Assembly: GCA_030390025.1 (NCBI GenBank)
Contig: CM059434.1
Location: forward strand, 10,602,001 to 10,666,000
Reading direction: 5' to 3'
DNA: 64,000 nt
Origin: Squalus acanthias
Lineage: Eukaryota
Shown here: piece after piece, positions 40,194-52,587 of the stretch
Layout of the letters: each line of letters opens with the position of its first letter
Position numbering within the stretch: position 1 is the first letter of the stretch
Notes under the pieces: model-generated
The model's database searches: none
What the model was told of the DNA's origin: nothing
The model's input: the letters and a program-made list of their open reading frames with translations, nothing else
Translations under genes and position numbers: made by a program

Positions 40194-43100
40194 TGATAGC
40201 TGTATTCTAATAGGTACATTTGCACGTTTTTAACGATTGTTGTCAGACTGTACATTTCAGCTATCACACTATCATACTTCCCGTACAGTTCCAGTACAGT
40301 GTTACTGATTTTCAGATAGACCATTATTTACACACATTTTGCAGAGTAAATAATTTATTAGGATCTGCCCTCACACCGCCCGTTCTCAGCCACGGTTTAC
40401 CGTTTATAACTAAACATTCCAGGGAAATGATCTTCACGCGTGTGCCGCTTTGCACAGTCCTGATTCGGCAACTGCGTGTTCCCAGCGAGTTTCAGGATCG
40501 CTGTGAAAGTTGCATTGAAGGACTGGAGAACAAAACTGAGCCATTTGGGCATGTTACAGTGAAAAGACTCTCGGTCCCTGATCTTTTTAATATATATATA
40601 TATAATCTCTCATTCATAGAGGATCTATACAACCGGTTACAATGTTTGTTTTTTCTATAGTAACGAGAGAATATTCATTATTCCAAATTCAGGTGTAAGG
40701 AAAGTCTTTGCTCCACGCTGTTCCACGTTTTTATTGAAGGTAGGATCATTTATCAAGTTTTGATTTTTTTTAAATCGGTGTAAATGAAGCAATGGGTGTT
40801 TTAAAATAAATGTGTGTGTGTGTTTGCAATGTTAGGAAGGAAACTGAAGCAAGTGGTGTTTGCTCCCGCCGTGGATTTGGTGGAACAATATGTTGGCAAG
40901 TATGGCAGGAAGTGAGTGGATAAGGTTTTAACAGATTTTTTTTTTTAAAAGGGGGAACTGTCAGGAAAAGGTGTTTCGCTAATGATCCAACCCGTTGCTA
41001 TTAGGGGGACTGTGAAACCGTGCAACCGACCAGGGTGCTCGAAGGAAGCGCTGGCAACGCCGCGGCCGCTCCTTATCTGTCTCTCAGCAAAGGCGAGCGC
41101 CGCTAAAACACAGCCAGGTGTTGCCTTGCCCTCTTCAAACTGCACAACTCCAAAAGGAGCTCACCCGTGAACCAATCTGTGCCGCCAGACCCGTCGCCAG
41201 AGCGCAAGCTTGTTTACACGGCCTACATCATGAGCATTTGATAAGTTGATTTTGGGGTTTAACAGTGGATAGGTGTCAGAGGGAGCGGATGCTAACCGCT
41301 CGTTGATGTGGTGTTCCAAACATGGGCTGTTTCATCTGGGTTTTTTTTTTGTTGCGTGTGTCAAAAGTCATGCACTGAGGTTGCATTTGGAAAGAAAGCA
41401 TTAGATATAACATGGGGCAATTTTTATTTAAGATGACATCAATGGGATGCTACAGTTATGCACCTATCCAGATCTCTAGCTACCTAAGATGCTATTAGTA
41501 ATTTTATCCAAACGGATGAATTGCGACTGTGTAATTTACAGCGTCAATTCTGTCGTTACTTTATATATTAAAAATGAGTTACCTCAGATAACCACACGAT
41601 TTTTTTTTTGGCCGCTGCTGATTATTTTAATAAGCTCGTATATTGAATCATAAAATAATACCTTAAGACAAGCCTTTGTCTTCCGGATTAAATAAACAAT
41701 GATATTCTGGCATATCTTGTCCATAAAGGATGCAATTCTTGTACCTCGCTTTACGGTGGGACTGAAAGATGCCAACTCAGGACCCTATTGTACATTTGGC
41801 AGTCCCCAGTGGGTGCAGTGAACAGTGTGCTATGTCGGGTGGAAATTGATTGTCTTTAGTTGAGGAGAATTTACATGGCAGCATCAAAGCTGTATCACAA
41901 GTGTGGAGTATTTGGGGCACAATTACGTGTCATTGAATCTGCAGGAATTAGCATTTCCAAATCGCCTGTTCGTTATGTATATACTGCGGATTTTGAGCAG
42001 GTTCATATAAATAAATAGAAGACATTCCTTTAGCTGGCAGGACAGTGCACTACTGCAGCAAACAGGCAACGAGTTTAAGACGTTCTCTTGGTGTTCTGAA
42101 GTGTCTTTTATCTGATGTGACTTCACTGAAAAGAATACCAGTTGTTTGTTCGATTTGCTTTTTGCGCGGGGTGCCTGTATTGCTCTTTTAAAGCGCATTT
42201 TAAAATGACCTAGTGCATTTTTAAGTCGGCTTTGGTCTTCAGTTGGTAATGATGAAAGAAAATCGCGTCTCCACCAAATGCACTGAAATGCCTCCACTTT
42301 CTGTTTTAAAAGTTGAGCGTGGCAAAATATCTCCAATAATGCCGTCTGATTTCTGCAGGATCTCTGACTCCTTATGTGACTTTAAGAAAAGGCAAAGCTA
42401 CATTTGTAAGGTGCTCGATATGATGTCATCTGAATGTGACTATGTACAAGCGTTGTGCATTCGGGTTAACCAAAAAAAAAGAGAAAGCGTCTGTCTCTTT
42501 AATTATGGCATTCTTAACATGAGGTGCAGGATGCTCCACAGAAATTTAAATAATTAACCTGCCTGTTCACGCAGTTTCAGTAACATCGCGAACCTGGCCC
42601 GCGAGTACTAAAACTCATTGCAAAATAAAAAGAGGAAAGATGGCTAAACCCGTGCGAGTGGGTTGGACACAAGTACAGAAGGATTTCCCCCTCCCCCCCA
42701 CCCCCCCCAAAAAAAAGTCCAATTTGCCGGGAGTGGTTAGAAAAAGTGGAATTGTACGCAAAGGTGTGTTTGCAAAACGAGATGGGTAGCAACGAAATGT
42801 GGAACCGAATCGTGGACAGGTGAGGTAAAGTAGACTAGACCCATTTAAAGAATCGCACCTTTACATACTGAAGCAGGCAACGTCAGTGCATAACTAAATG
42901 AAAGAGCCGGTTTATAGTCTTCAAACAATAATTAACTCTATCAGCACAGTAATCCGTATGTTCCTCTTCCCACCCCCTCCCTCCCTCCCTCCTCGGTCGC
43001 TGAATTCTGACTGGACTCTTCCTCCCTGAGTGGGGGCATTCCTGAAACCCCTCTAGTTACACACAGCAAGTAATGCCCCCCAAACTAATACTGTAAGAGT

Positions 43101-44779
43101 GATGCTAAATCGAAGTCGACCCCGAGCAACAGTAATAAGCTCACGAGTAGATATTACTAATGCACGGTGGAGCTGACAACCCTGGGTCTCCCTCAATCTA
43201 GCTGCGAAAGAAACCCAGGCGATCTTTATATAAGTTTCTTATTTTCAAAAAAAAAATCTGCCGACTCCAAACTCGTTTTGTTTTGAGTCTTTTTCTAAAA
43301 AGAAAACCCCGGCATGCAAACAATTGCTGTTTGTTTCAGGGCTGGGAGTCCATCTGCTTGGTTCAGAATGTCCGGGGAGGAAATCCACGGTAGGTATTTC
43401 AAACGGAGGAGGGTGGAAGCTTTGAGAATCGAACCTGCAGAAAGCAACAGTGAGGATCGGGACACTTTCCTCCCCCTCGCTTCTTTCCTTTAGTGAAAGC
43501 AGCAACGGTAACGAAAAATAAAATGCGGACAATCGAATGAAACAGTCCTAAAATGACACCGGCCCTCCAATCACTGCGAGTTGTGGTTCCTGGGGTTAGT
43601 TCGGACGGTGGGACATGTTTTACAGTCAGGGGTTGATCGGCATTCACTGTTAACCGCATTGCAATCGGCGGATTCCAGTATGATTTGATCAATTGCATTG
43701 CATTGAACCGGTCATTTGCAAAGATTTTCTTCTCTCCATGTTAGAATGTGTTCCCCTAGCTTCACAAACGTGTTTGAGGCAGTTATTATCAGCAGCAATC
43801 AGGGAACTTGTCAACATTAGTTGGTTTAATATCAGCTGCCCGCTTGTGATTTCAGAAAATTTGTATCACTTTAACCTGATACCCGGTGCATGAAAGGATC
43901 GGGGTGGGGGTCGGGGGGGGGGGATCGTGTTAAAAACGGGTGTCCGGTTACAAAATACTGCGCTCAATTATCATGCAAATTTCCCACCTTTTTGCCTTAC
44001 CTTTTGCCCAAACACAAGGGCTATTTAAATAATTCGTTTTAAGTTGGGAAATCGAAGCCAGTTGTAAAGTGAAATTAAAATTTTTATATTATGTGCCCCT
44101 GTTATTTTAACATCTAACAAACGGCGGGCTTTAAAAAATTGCATTCGATGTCGGCGCCCGTTAATCGAGTACAAATTGCCCTGACGTGGTTATTGTGAAG
44201 AGGCAAAAAGAGCGTTGCTTAGCGCCACTTGGAGAAATCTAAGTTTGGCTCTGAAGCGAAGGGCTCCGATATCCCAGTGTTCTTGCTGCCAGTGTGGCTG
44301 TGAGTCTCATACCGTTCTGCACGAGCTGTTGCATTATTATATGATTCCCTTCAGTAACCAGACACTGACAAGCAATTGCAAATGACTGACAGCTGCCAAT
44401 CCAAATGACAAGTGATTTCTCAAACAAACATCGACTCGCCAAATAATAACCTTTCTGATCGAGCGCTTGCGGTTCAGGTGCCCTCCTGCATATGTCGCGT
44501 TATTTCGTGTTTAAACATCCACTCAGGTTCACACACACACACACACACATGTGTAAAATCACATGAATACTATCGGGCTGACTATTGCAATTCCTATTTT
44601 CTCTTTATATGCAATTTGAGTTGCTCGGAGGGGCTAGACACGCTTTTAATGTGTCTGCAAAACTTAGTTTCACGTGGCTGTCCTGTATTCTTAGTTACTT
44701 GCCTGCACATTTTTTAATAAGCCTGGCTACAGTCTTTGATTTTTTTTTTCTCTCTCCCCATGCCGGGTTTTTTTTTTGG

Positions 44780-45040
44780 GCTGAAGCATTAGCCGTATTC
44801 CCCGGGGCTGATTGAATGCAACTTGCTGTATGTGGACAGGCACGTCCTGTATGTTATAGATTCACTGCTTCCCGGCGTGACAAGGGCTGAGTTCGATCTA
44901 CAATTGGAGCCGAAAGCGCAGTGAGCCGAGACACAGCCTCCATCATTAAAGCCTCCCTCTCCTTTAGGAAATAACAAGATGATTCATTTACACATAAACA
45001 CTCATAAATATTCCATTAACGACCAAAGAACACCTGTTTA
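44780..45040 (-). promoter_or_regulatory. Pax6 ectodermal (lens/cornea) enhancer EE
   Basis: Minus strand CAATTGTAGATCGAA...CCTTGTCA...AGTGAAT...CAGGACGTGCCTGTC...GGGAAT..GCTAATG matches the mouse EE core (from memory), including the Meis site at 44878-44883. Confidence 0.82.
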
Positions 45041-45139
45041 ATGAAAGGCGCGGCGGCGCTCTCTCTCTCTACGCTCAGATCCGAAATTATTGCCCCCCCC
45101 CCCCCGACCCGCTCCCCCCCTCCCCAAAAACTCAAATAT

Positions 45140-45480
45140 GATCATGTTTAACTTTTACCATAAATCGGGAATAACAAGTGAGCTGTAACAAGGGGATTTG
45201 CACTTACTCCTTGACCCTTGTAATTGGATTAAATATAGACGGAGACACACAAAAAATATAGCAAGATTGACACCTGCCAACTGGACTTCCTTGTGATTGA
45301 TTATGATTCATGGTGCTGGAAACAATAATGAAATAAATTGTATGGATAAAACAGCACATTTGTCATTTTTCTGCCAGGAGAGAGACAGAGAGAGGGAGTT
45401 AGCATGTTTGGCAAGCTGCTAGTTGACAAGACACCAACTAAACGCAAACATTGCAAGCAGGTCGTTCAGAACCTGACACA
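45140..45480 (-). promoter_or_regulatory. Pax6 pancreatic islet enhancer
   Basis: CATTATTGTT.CCAGCAC...AATCAATCACAAGGAAGTCCAGTTGGCAGGTGTCAATCTTG (Pbx/Prep and Meis sites) immediately upstream of EE, as in mouse. Confidence 0.8.
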
Positions 45481-46359
45481 GAATCAACGATCCATCCCGA
45501 TCATACATTAAGGGGAAATGCCCTCGCATATTTGAAAAAAAGCACTTAATTAGCTAGCTTCTAAAACTTACCGTTCTGTCCCAGTTCCCCCGATGCAGTA
45601 CCCGCCGGCACCGGTAAAGCGAAGGGCTCCTGTGAGTGTACGAATCCGATCAGGACTCCTTATAGTGGATCTGTATCTATTCTCCTCGTGTTCTGTGCAC
45701 CTGTCCGATATTTCTACCCGTCCACCGCCGGTTACTGGACCAAGGCTTGTACACAATACCATACTACAGTGCTCTCAACAGCACGTAAAACTATAAATGT
45801 GGGTAACTTTAGTTGTAACTGTTGGACGAATCCGTTTTATTCCGCACCTCTACCCCGACATGCATCTAAAACGTCCCCTATAGATCACAGGGCCATTCAT
45901 ACCCACTGCACGTGCCTTTAACAATCTCCCTTAACGTGTTCTTAGCTTATAGTTGCAATGTCGTCGTTATCAAAATAACGCCAAGAATTATTGGTGTGTT
46001 TCCCTATCCTTGTGTACACTTTACAAACGCCTGCCGGTGAGGTTAATATATTGGCCTGAGAGAGGAAGGTGGTAATCGTAAAGTAATGCTCAATTACACC
46101 ACGCAGATTACTGTGATAACTATGCCAAGCAATACAGCATTTCTACCAGCCAATAAGATCATTATTAGCGCCTTATCTTCAGATCACCTGGAGATCAACC
46201 AGGTGCTAGCCCCCCAAAAAAGACCCGATTTATTGGATTCAACTTCATAACTCGATATGGTGGGATTTGAACTCACAACCTTTGAGGTTACTAGCACGAG
46301 TAGCATAACCACCACCTTACTGCGCCTATAACAGTTATGAATGCGCTATTACTGATCAG

Positions 46360-46775
46360 CAACAACAACTTGTATTTATATAGCGCCTTTAAGAATTAAA
46401 ACGTCCCAAGGCACTTCACAGGAGTATTATAAGACAACACTTCTTGACACCGAGCCACATAAGGAGAAATTAGGGCAGGTGACCAAAAGCTTGGTCAAAG
46501 AGGTAGGTTTTAAGGAGCGTCTTAAAGGAGGAAAGAGAGGTAAGAGAGGTTTGGGGAGGGAATTCCAGAGCTTAGGGCCTAGGCAACAGAAGGCACCACC
46601 ACCAATGGTTGAGTGATTATAATCAGGGATGCTCAAGAGGGCAGAATTAGAGGAGTGCAGATATCTCAGGGGGTTGTGAGGCTGGAGGAGATTACAGAGA
46701 TAGGGAGGGGCGAGGCCATGGAGGGATTTGAAAACAAGGGTGAGAAATTTGAAATCGAATGAAGCATTAGGCAAC
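46360..46775 (-). mobile_element. L2-clade LINE 3' fragment
   Basis: ORF 46427-46795 [16 protein letters not shown]...GPKLWNSLP; (GTT)n tail. Confidence 0.85.
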
Positions 46776-47628
46776 CTGGAGACCAAATAAACCAATGTAC
46801 TATTGACCTCAGGGTAACTTCAAGAATGTGTTGGGCTTCAATGCAAGAAAGCCTCAGGTTCAGTTGATGTCCCTGGTGTATTGTAGATGTCTAATAGTAC
46901 ATGCTCAACCATCTGAAGAGCAAAGAGTAACCGTACCCCGTCCTCAAGAGCATTCTGTCATTTTCTTTAGATTAAACCGAATGCAACTTATAATGGTAGT
47001 TGGATTTAAGAAAAGTTTAAACATTTTTTTGAATTATGATTTTACTCGGAGCTAGTCAGATGCACCAAGCAGCATTCCGATGCACAGTTGGGTACAGATG
47101 TGGTTTTTCCTGCTCTTATGCATGAACATCGAGGGCTAGAGTACAGACAGGACCTCACTGTAACTGTGAAAATCCAATAAAGAAAACAAAATCAATAAAA
47201 TCAATTCAGTTTGTTCCGCGGGCAGAACATTCGAGATTGACTACTTGGAAATCGTTTCGTGGTCACAACTATATCACTGGTGAAGATTTGCAGTGGAATG
47301 CTGGTAAATGCAATGCCTCCATATTATAAGAGTATAGAAGCACAGGAGAAATGGCAATTTTTTTTTTACAAGAATGATACCAGAACTGAGAGGGCAGAAC
47401 TATCTGACTGAACAGAATGGGACTCTTTTCTCTAGAAAAGAGATCATAATCTTAGAAGTTTGATTTGATTGTCGACCTTATCAACCAGACATTGAATTGG
47501 AGCTTTTTACACTCTCCTGTGGGTATGCCTACAATGTTTTAAAACGTTAGATGTATATTTTGAGTTGCTGGTTGTGATGGCGGTGAGTTACACTGCATGA
47601 ATTAAATGTATATAGAACCTTGCTAAGA

Positions 47629-48172
47629 TCACACTTGGAGTACTGTGCACAGGTCTTGTCTCCATATTACATAAAGGATATAGAGGCACTGGAGAAAGTG
47701 CAAAAAGGATAAACAAAGATGATACCGGAACTGAGAGGATATAATTAGCAGGAAAGATCGAACAGGCTGGGGCTCTTTTCTAGAAAAGAGAAGGCTGAGG
47801 GGTGACCTGATAGAGGTCTTTAAAATGATGAAGGGGTTTGATAGGGTAGAAGTAGAGAAGATGTTTCCACTTGGGGCCATCAATATAAGAGAGTCACTAA
47901 TAAACCCAATGAGGAATTCAGGAGAAACTTCTTTACTCAGAGAGTGGTGAGAATGTGGAACTTGCTTGGAGTAGTTGAGGCGAATACCATAGATGCATTT
48001 AAGGGGAAGCTAGATAAACACATGAGGGAGAAAGGGATAAAGGATATCTCGATAGTGTGAGATGAAGAACATAGAATGGCCGGAGGCTCCTGTGGTGCAT
48101 AAACACCGGCACAGGCCAGTTGGGCCGAATGGCCTGTTTCTGTGGTGTAAATTCTAGGTAATTCTATGTAAC
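47629..48172 (+). mobile_element. CR1-clade LINE 3' fragment
   Basis: Degenerate HLEYCAQ...RRLRGDLIEVFKMMKGFD...FFTQRVVRMWN followed by the GGGCCGAATGGCCTGTTTCTGTG tail. Confidence 0.85.
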
Positions 48173-49139
48173 TTGCTCACAGAGAGGCTTGTAGTACCAA
48201 TTAACTGAATCGGGAATGTTAGAACGGATAAAATATGCTTACATCAGGGAGTTTCTGCATCAGAATTTCATACAATTTCAGGCTCGATGTCAATTTCGTT
48301 ACTAAATGAAAGTTTATATTTTAAGTTGTGATTTAAAATCTCTATATTGTGACCTGAGATATAAAAAGTCAGGGAAGGTGATAAATCACCCGGTCTGAAA
48401 AGATACAACATTCATTTCATAATAATCCATAGAAGTGGTTAAAGTGCATAGAGTGGATAGGGAAGATAAAGACGCGAATCAAAGACATACTGTAGCAAGA
48501 AGTCGATTGTAGAGACTAACTACACGTTTGTATCATTTCAAATGGTCGGAGCCAAATATACTGCAATCCCGGATTTGAAATCACCCAGTAGGTAATTGTC
48601 ACTAATGGAAATGAATACTTCTGACTTGCGATGGTTTCGTTATCCTTGTATGAAGCAAGCGACAATAGCCCGAGAATGTCGTAACACTAAAACGGAATCC
48701 ACTGACAGTTGTTAACCTTTCTAACCCTCGGCTACAATGAGAAAAAAAACACTCTAGTGTGCAACAATCATAACTTATTAATCATTTTTCCAATGACCCC
48801 GGAGATATTTTAGGTGTTCCCAGCGTCATTACAAAGTGAGGCACACCAGTTAGAGAGTGGATGATTTCACCATTGGAGTTAATACTGTAATCCAACAGTA
48901 AATTAACCCCAGGAATTATGGAGTCACTTTCTGCGCTAGATTTAATGTGTTCGCGTTCTAAAAAAAAAACCTGGCCAATGATGAACCAAATGCAGTAGAA
49001 TCGAAGATAATTCTATTGCCCAGATTATTGGACTTCCTTTGGGGATATGGCAACAAGAAGAGACCATCATTGAGCTACAATGCCCAGAATGACAGCCTGG
49101 CCAGCGATAATGTGCTTAAATATATTTTTCTGTTTAGTC

Positions 49140-49620
49140 AGTTAATTCGCCTCCATTTGAGAAACATCTTTAAGTGGGTTTATGCCGGGGTAATAGAACT
49201 AAACACCATTGCCCTCTTCCTCACACAGCTGCCTGCTGACGAGCGCACAGCAAGAGATGCAGAAGTAAGTGGCTCTAGTCCAATAGCATTTTATACATTC
49301 AGTGTAATAATAGATGGCTATCAGGCAAGTACAAGACAGTTACACAATGTCACCCTGAACCTGGTATATAAGTGTAGCTGCCTTTTGTTCCCTCCTTGAC
49401 ATTTGTCATTTCATAAAATAGGCACAATACTGGGGACGGCTTGACAGTTAACGAATGCCTCCCTGCTAAAGGATTTCTCCACAGGCCTTTAAATCATCGC
49501 GTTTAAATTCTAGATTATGAGATTGGTGATGTGTCATCACACATTGAACAATAGGCAGGGAGGACTTAATGAAACAATAAAAAGGCCAGCCGGTTTATGA
49601 ATCATATATGATTGTGTTAT
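49140..49620. promoter_or_regulatory. Candidate upstream CNE about 11 kb from P0
   Basis: Unique, motif-rich island (TTGACATTTGTCA, TGACAG, AACAAT twice, TTTATG) among TEs; inference. Confidence 0.4.
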
Positions 49621-49660
49621 GTACTTTTAATTCTCTCCTGCACCTCCTGACATCTCCACA

Positions 49661-50481
49661 GTGTCAGCCGTGGCTCAATGGGTGTCACTCTCACCTCTGC
49701 GTCAGAAGGTTGTGGGTTCAGGTCCCACTCCGGAGCTCACAATCTAGGCTGACACGCCAGTGCAGGACTGAGAGAATGCTGCACTGTTGGAGGTACTGTT
49801 AGACCGAGGCCCTACCTACCATCGCAGGTGGACGTAAAAGATCCCGTGGCACTATTTTGAAGAAGAGCAATGGAGTTATCCCCGGTGTCCTGGCCAATAT
49901 TTATATCTCAACCAGCCTCACTAACAGATTATCTGGTCATTTATCCCATTGCTGTTTGTGGGACCTTGCTGTGTGCAAATTGGCTGCCGGGTCTCCTACA
50001 TTACAATAGTGACTACACTTCTAAAGTACTTCATTGGGATGTCCTGAGGTCGTGAAAGCAACACCTTGATTTCAAAATTCGCATCCTTGTTTTCAAAGCC
50101 CTCCATGGCCTCGCCCCTCCCTATCTCTGTAATCTCCTCCAGCCCACAACCCCTTGAGATAGCTGCGCTCCTCTAATTCTGCCCTCTTAAGCATCCCTAA
50201 TTATAATTGCTCAACCATCGGTGGCCGTGCCTTCTGTTGCCTGGGCCCTAAGCTCTGGAATTCCCTCCCTAAACCTCTTCGCCTCGCTACCTCTCTCCTC
50301 CTTTAAGACGCTCCTTAAAACCTACCTCTTTGACCAAGCTTTTGGTCACCTGCCCTAATTTCTCCTTATGCGGCTCAGTGTCAAATTTTTTGTCTTATAA
50401 TACTCCTGTGAAGCACCTTGGGACATTTTACTATGTTAAAGGTGCTATATAATACAAGTTGTTGTTATATAAATGCAAGTC
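49661..50481 (+). mobile_element. Deu-domain SINE with an L2 fragment (50059-50465) nested in its tail
   Basis: A box TGGCTCAATGG and B box GGTTCAGGTCC; SINE breaks after GTCGTGAAAG and resumes TATATAAATGCAAGTC after the L2 (GTT)n tail. Confidence 0.82.
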
Positions 50482-50650
50482 TTCCTTTCTTAACTATCGA
50501 TTCCTTGAATAGTTTGCACAATTTTAGTGGGTGGAAGTTATTCATTCCTGTTGACTTACTGGATTCAGACTTCCCTCAGACTCAGGTAGCATGAGGTCAT
50601 TGAATAAACATTACAAGGTTTTGTGATCCAAGTAAATACATTGCAACAAA

Positions 50651-52487
50651 CGCGATTTTGCCAGCGGAGGCGGGATCGTGGCGGGACAGGTGGTTGGCGG
50701 GTTCCGGTCCCGCTCACGACTGCAGCCGCTCTGTAAAAAGGATTTTCCGTGAATAGGGCTTGTTAAGCCCGCCCTGCGGGGTTCCCGGCCAATTAAATGG
50801 AAGCGGGTCTGATGACATCATTTGATGACGCGTCATCAGCCGGTTTCCTTAAAGGGACCACGGCCGCATTCATTTTGACAGTTGTGCTGTCTGTGTTCTG
50901 CAGCATTGAGGTGCTGCAAACACTGACAATCACTGCACAAAGGTGCACGGCTGCACCCAGGCTCTCGCATGGCTCCCTCCATATGCTTATGGAGGGAGTC
51001 ACAGCACACAGGGAGATTTTCTTTCCTTCCAAGGGCGGAAGAGACCTCCCCAGGACACCAACGCAGCCTGGTTGCACATTGCACAGGAGAACACAAGCTG
51101 GGATGTAAACCTTTCAATGATCTCAGTAGATCACAAAATGTTACTGCAAAGCCACACTCAACCTCATCCTGCTGTGCCACTCATCACATCCCCATAACTC
51201 TGCCTTCCCTACCTTACTCCTGCACATTCTTACTTACACCAACTTACATTGCATCTCCACCCATCCCACTCTATCTACATTATCACTTCCCCATCTCACT
51301 AGCCACCCCTCACACTCACCCTCATCCTAGTGCAATCATACCAACTAACAAGCCACTTGGGTGTTTTATGCAATGTTCATGTAAATTTTCTGTTAATGTG
51401 TTGTCAAACATTGAAATCTTTATTTTCAACACTTTCCCTTATTGTACAGATCTGTGCTCACCTTTGGAAGTGTCTTAGTGAGTTGCAGTGAATGGTGAGA
51501 CATCACGGTATCCCCCGCAATGGTGATGAGTGTGAAAGGAATGGCTTGGACATTGTAAGGATGCTTTATGGTGTTGGTGTGGGGTGGTGTTAACCTGGCG
51601 CATCATGTGGCAGCCAGGGTGTACAGCGTCAAGTGAAGTAAATCTGGCCATGGTGATGTCATCGCTGACCTCCCGGGCAGCAATGTTGTTGGGTGCTGAT
51701 GCCCTGTGTCCTGTGCAGCATCAGGTGATTATGGAGAAGGTTGGTATTGTTGTTGGTGATGTTGGTGTGCCTGGTGATGTTGGTGTTGGGGCTGATCGTG
51801 GAGGGATTTAGAGGACCAAGGTGAGATTTTTTCAAAGGCACCAATGTTGCTGGAATAGATCTGACGAAGGAGCAGCGCTCCGAAAGCTTGTGATTTCAAA
51901 TAAAGCTGTTAGACTATAACCTGGTGTTGTGCGACTTCTCACAGCTGGAATAGATGGCAGCTGAAGTTGAGATGATAGAAGCGATCTGTCAATGGTGAGA
52001 GAGCTTGCTCCAAGGAGGTGACAGTGGATGGAGAGTTTACTCCAAACACTTCCAAACTGCATAGAGCTCAAAAGTGTCTTCCAAGTCCTGAAGGCTCAAG
52101 CTTCTGACATTGGAAAGTGACCAGCTGTGAAATGGTAGCTTTCATACCACTCTTGCAGCTGTCACCTATTCACAGCAATGGGGAGACATAGAGAACCTGA
52201 CCTACTTACTTGACATGATCTCCGAACGACATGAACCCTGTTAAAAATGTGGTAAAATAGAAAAAGGCTGGCAAAAAGTAGTAAACAAGCACTTAACAAG
52301 CAGTTAAGTATCTTAAATGCCTCCCCCGCCGCTTGGTGTCGGGTCTGTTCTGAAATCGCAGACCCGACACTTTGGAAACTTACATGGAGGCGGGTTCGTA
52401 GCGGGTTCCCAACCCTGTCAATTATTTTGCTTTTGACAGCGGACCCGCCTCCAAACCTGCACGCTGAGTGCCGGCAAAATTCAGCCC
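50651..52487 (+). mobile_element. Degenerate PIF/Harbinger-like DNA transposon
   Basis: Imperfect terminal inverted repeats (CGCGATTTTGCCAGC ... GCCGGCAAAATTCAGCCC then TTA), GC-rich subterminal GCGGG repeats, frameshifted Myb/SANT-like remnant at about 50945-51135 (APRLS..SLHMLMEGV..HREIFFP / GRKRPP...AAWLHIAQE / CKPFNDL). Confidence 0.65.
51861..51943 (+). mobile_element. 83-bp Penelope-like insert carrying a hammerhead core, with a 12-bp TSD
   Basis: Flanked by GCTGGAATAGAT at 51849-51860 and 51944-51955; begins CTGACGA-A-GGAGC-AGC-GCTCC-GAAA-GCTT. Confidence 0.78.
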
Positions 52488-52587
52488 TTAGTAATAGTAC
52501 CGTAGGTTTGTTCTGCTATTCTTTGTAGCATTATTTAGTACCTTATTTACATTATTTAGTTGTATGGGAGAGGATAGACTTTCCCCC

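Noticed and set aside
39742-40324. ORFs containing X runs
   Set aside because: Artefacts of the N gap
49661-49740. tRNA gene
   Set aside because: The A and B boxes are the SINE head; there is no full cloverleaf
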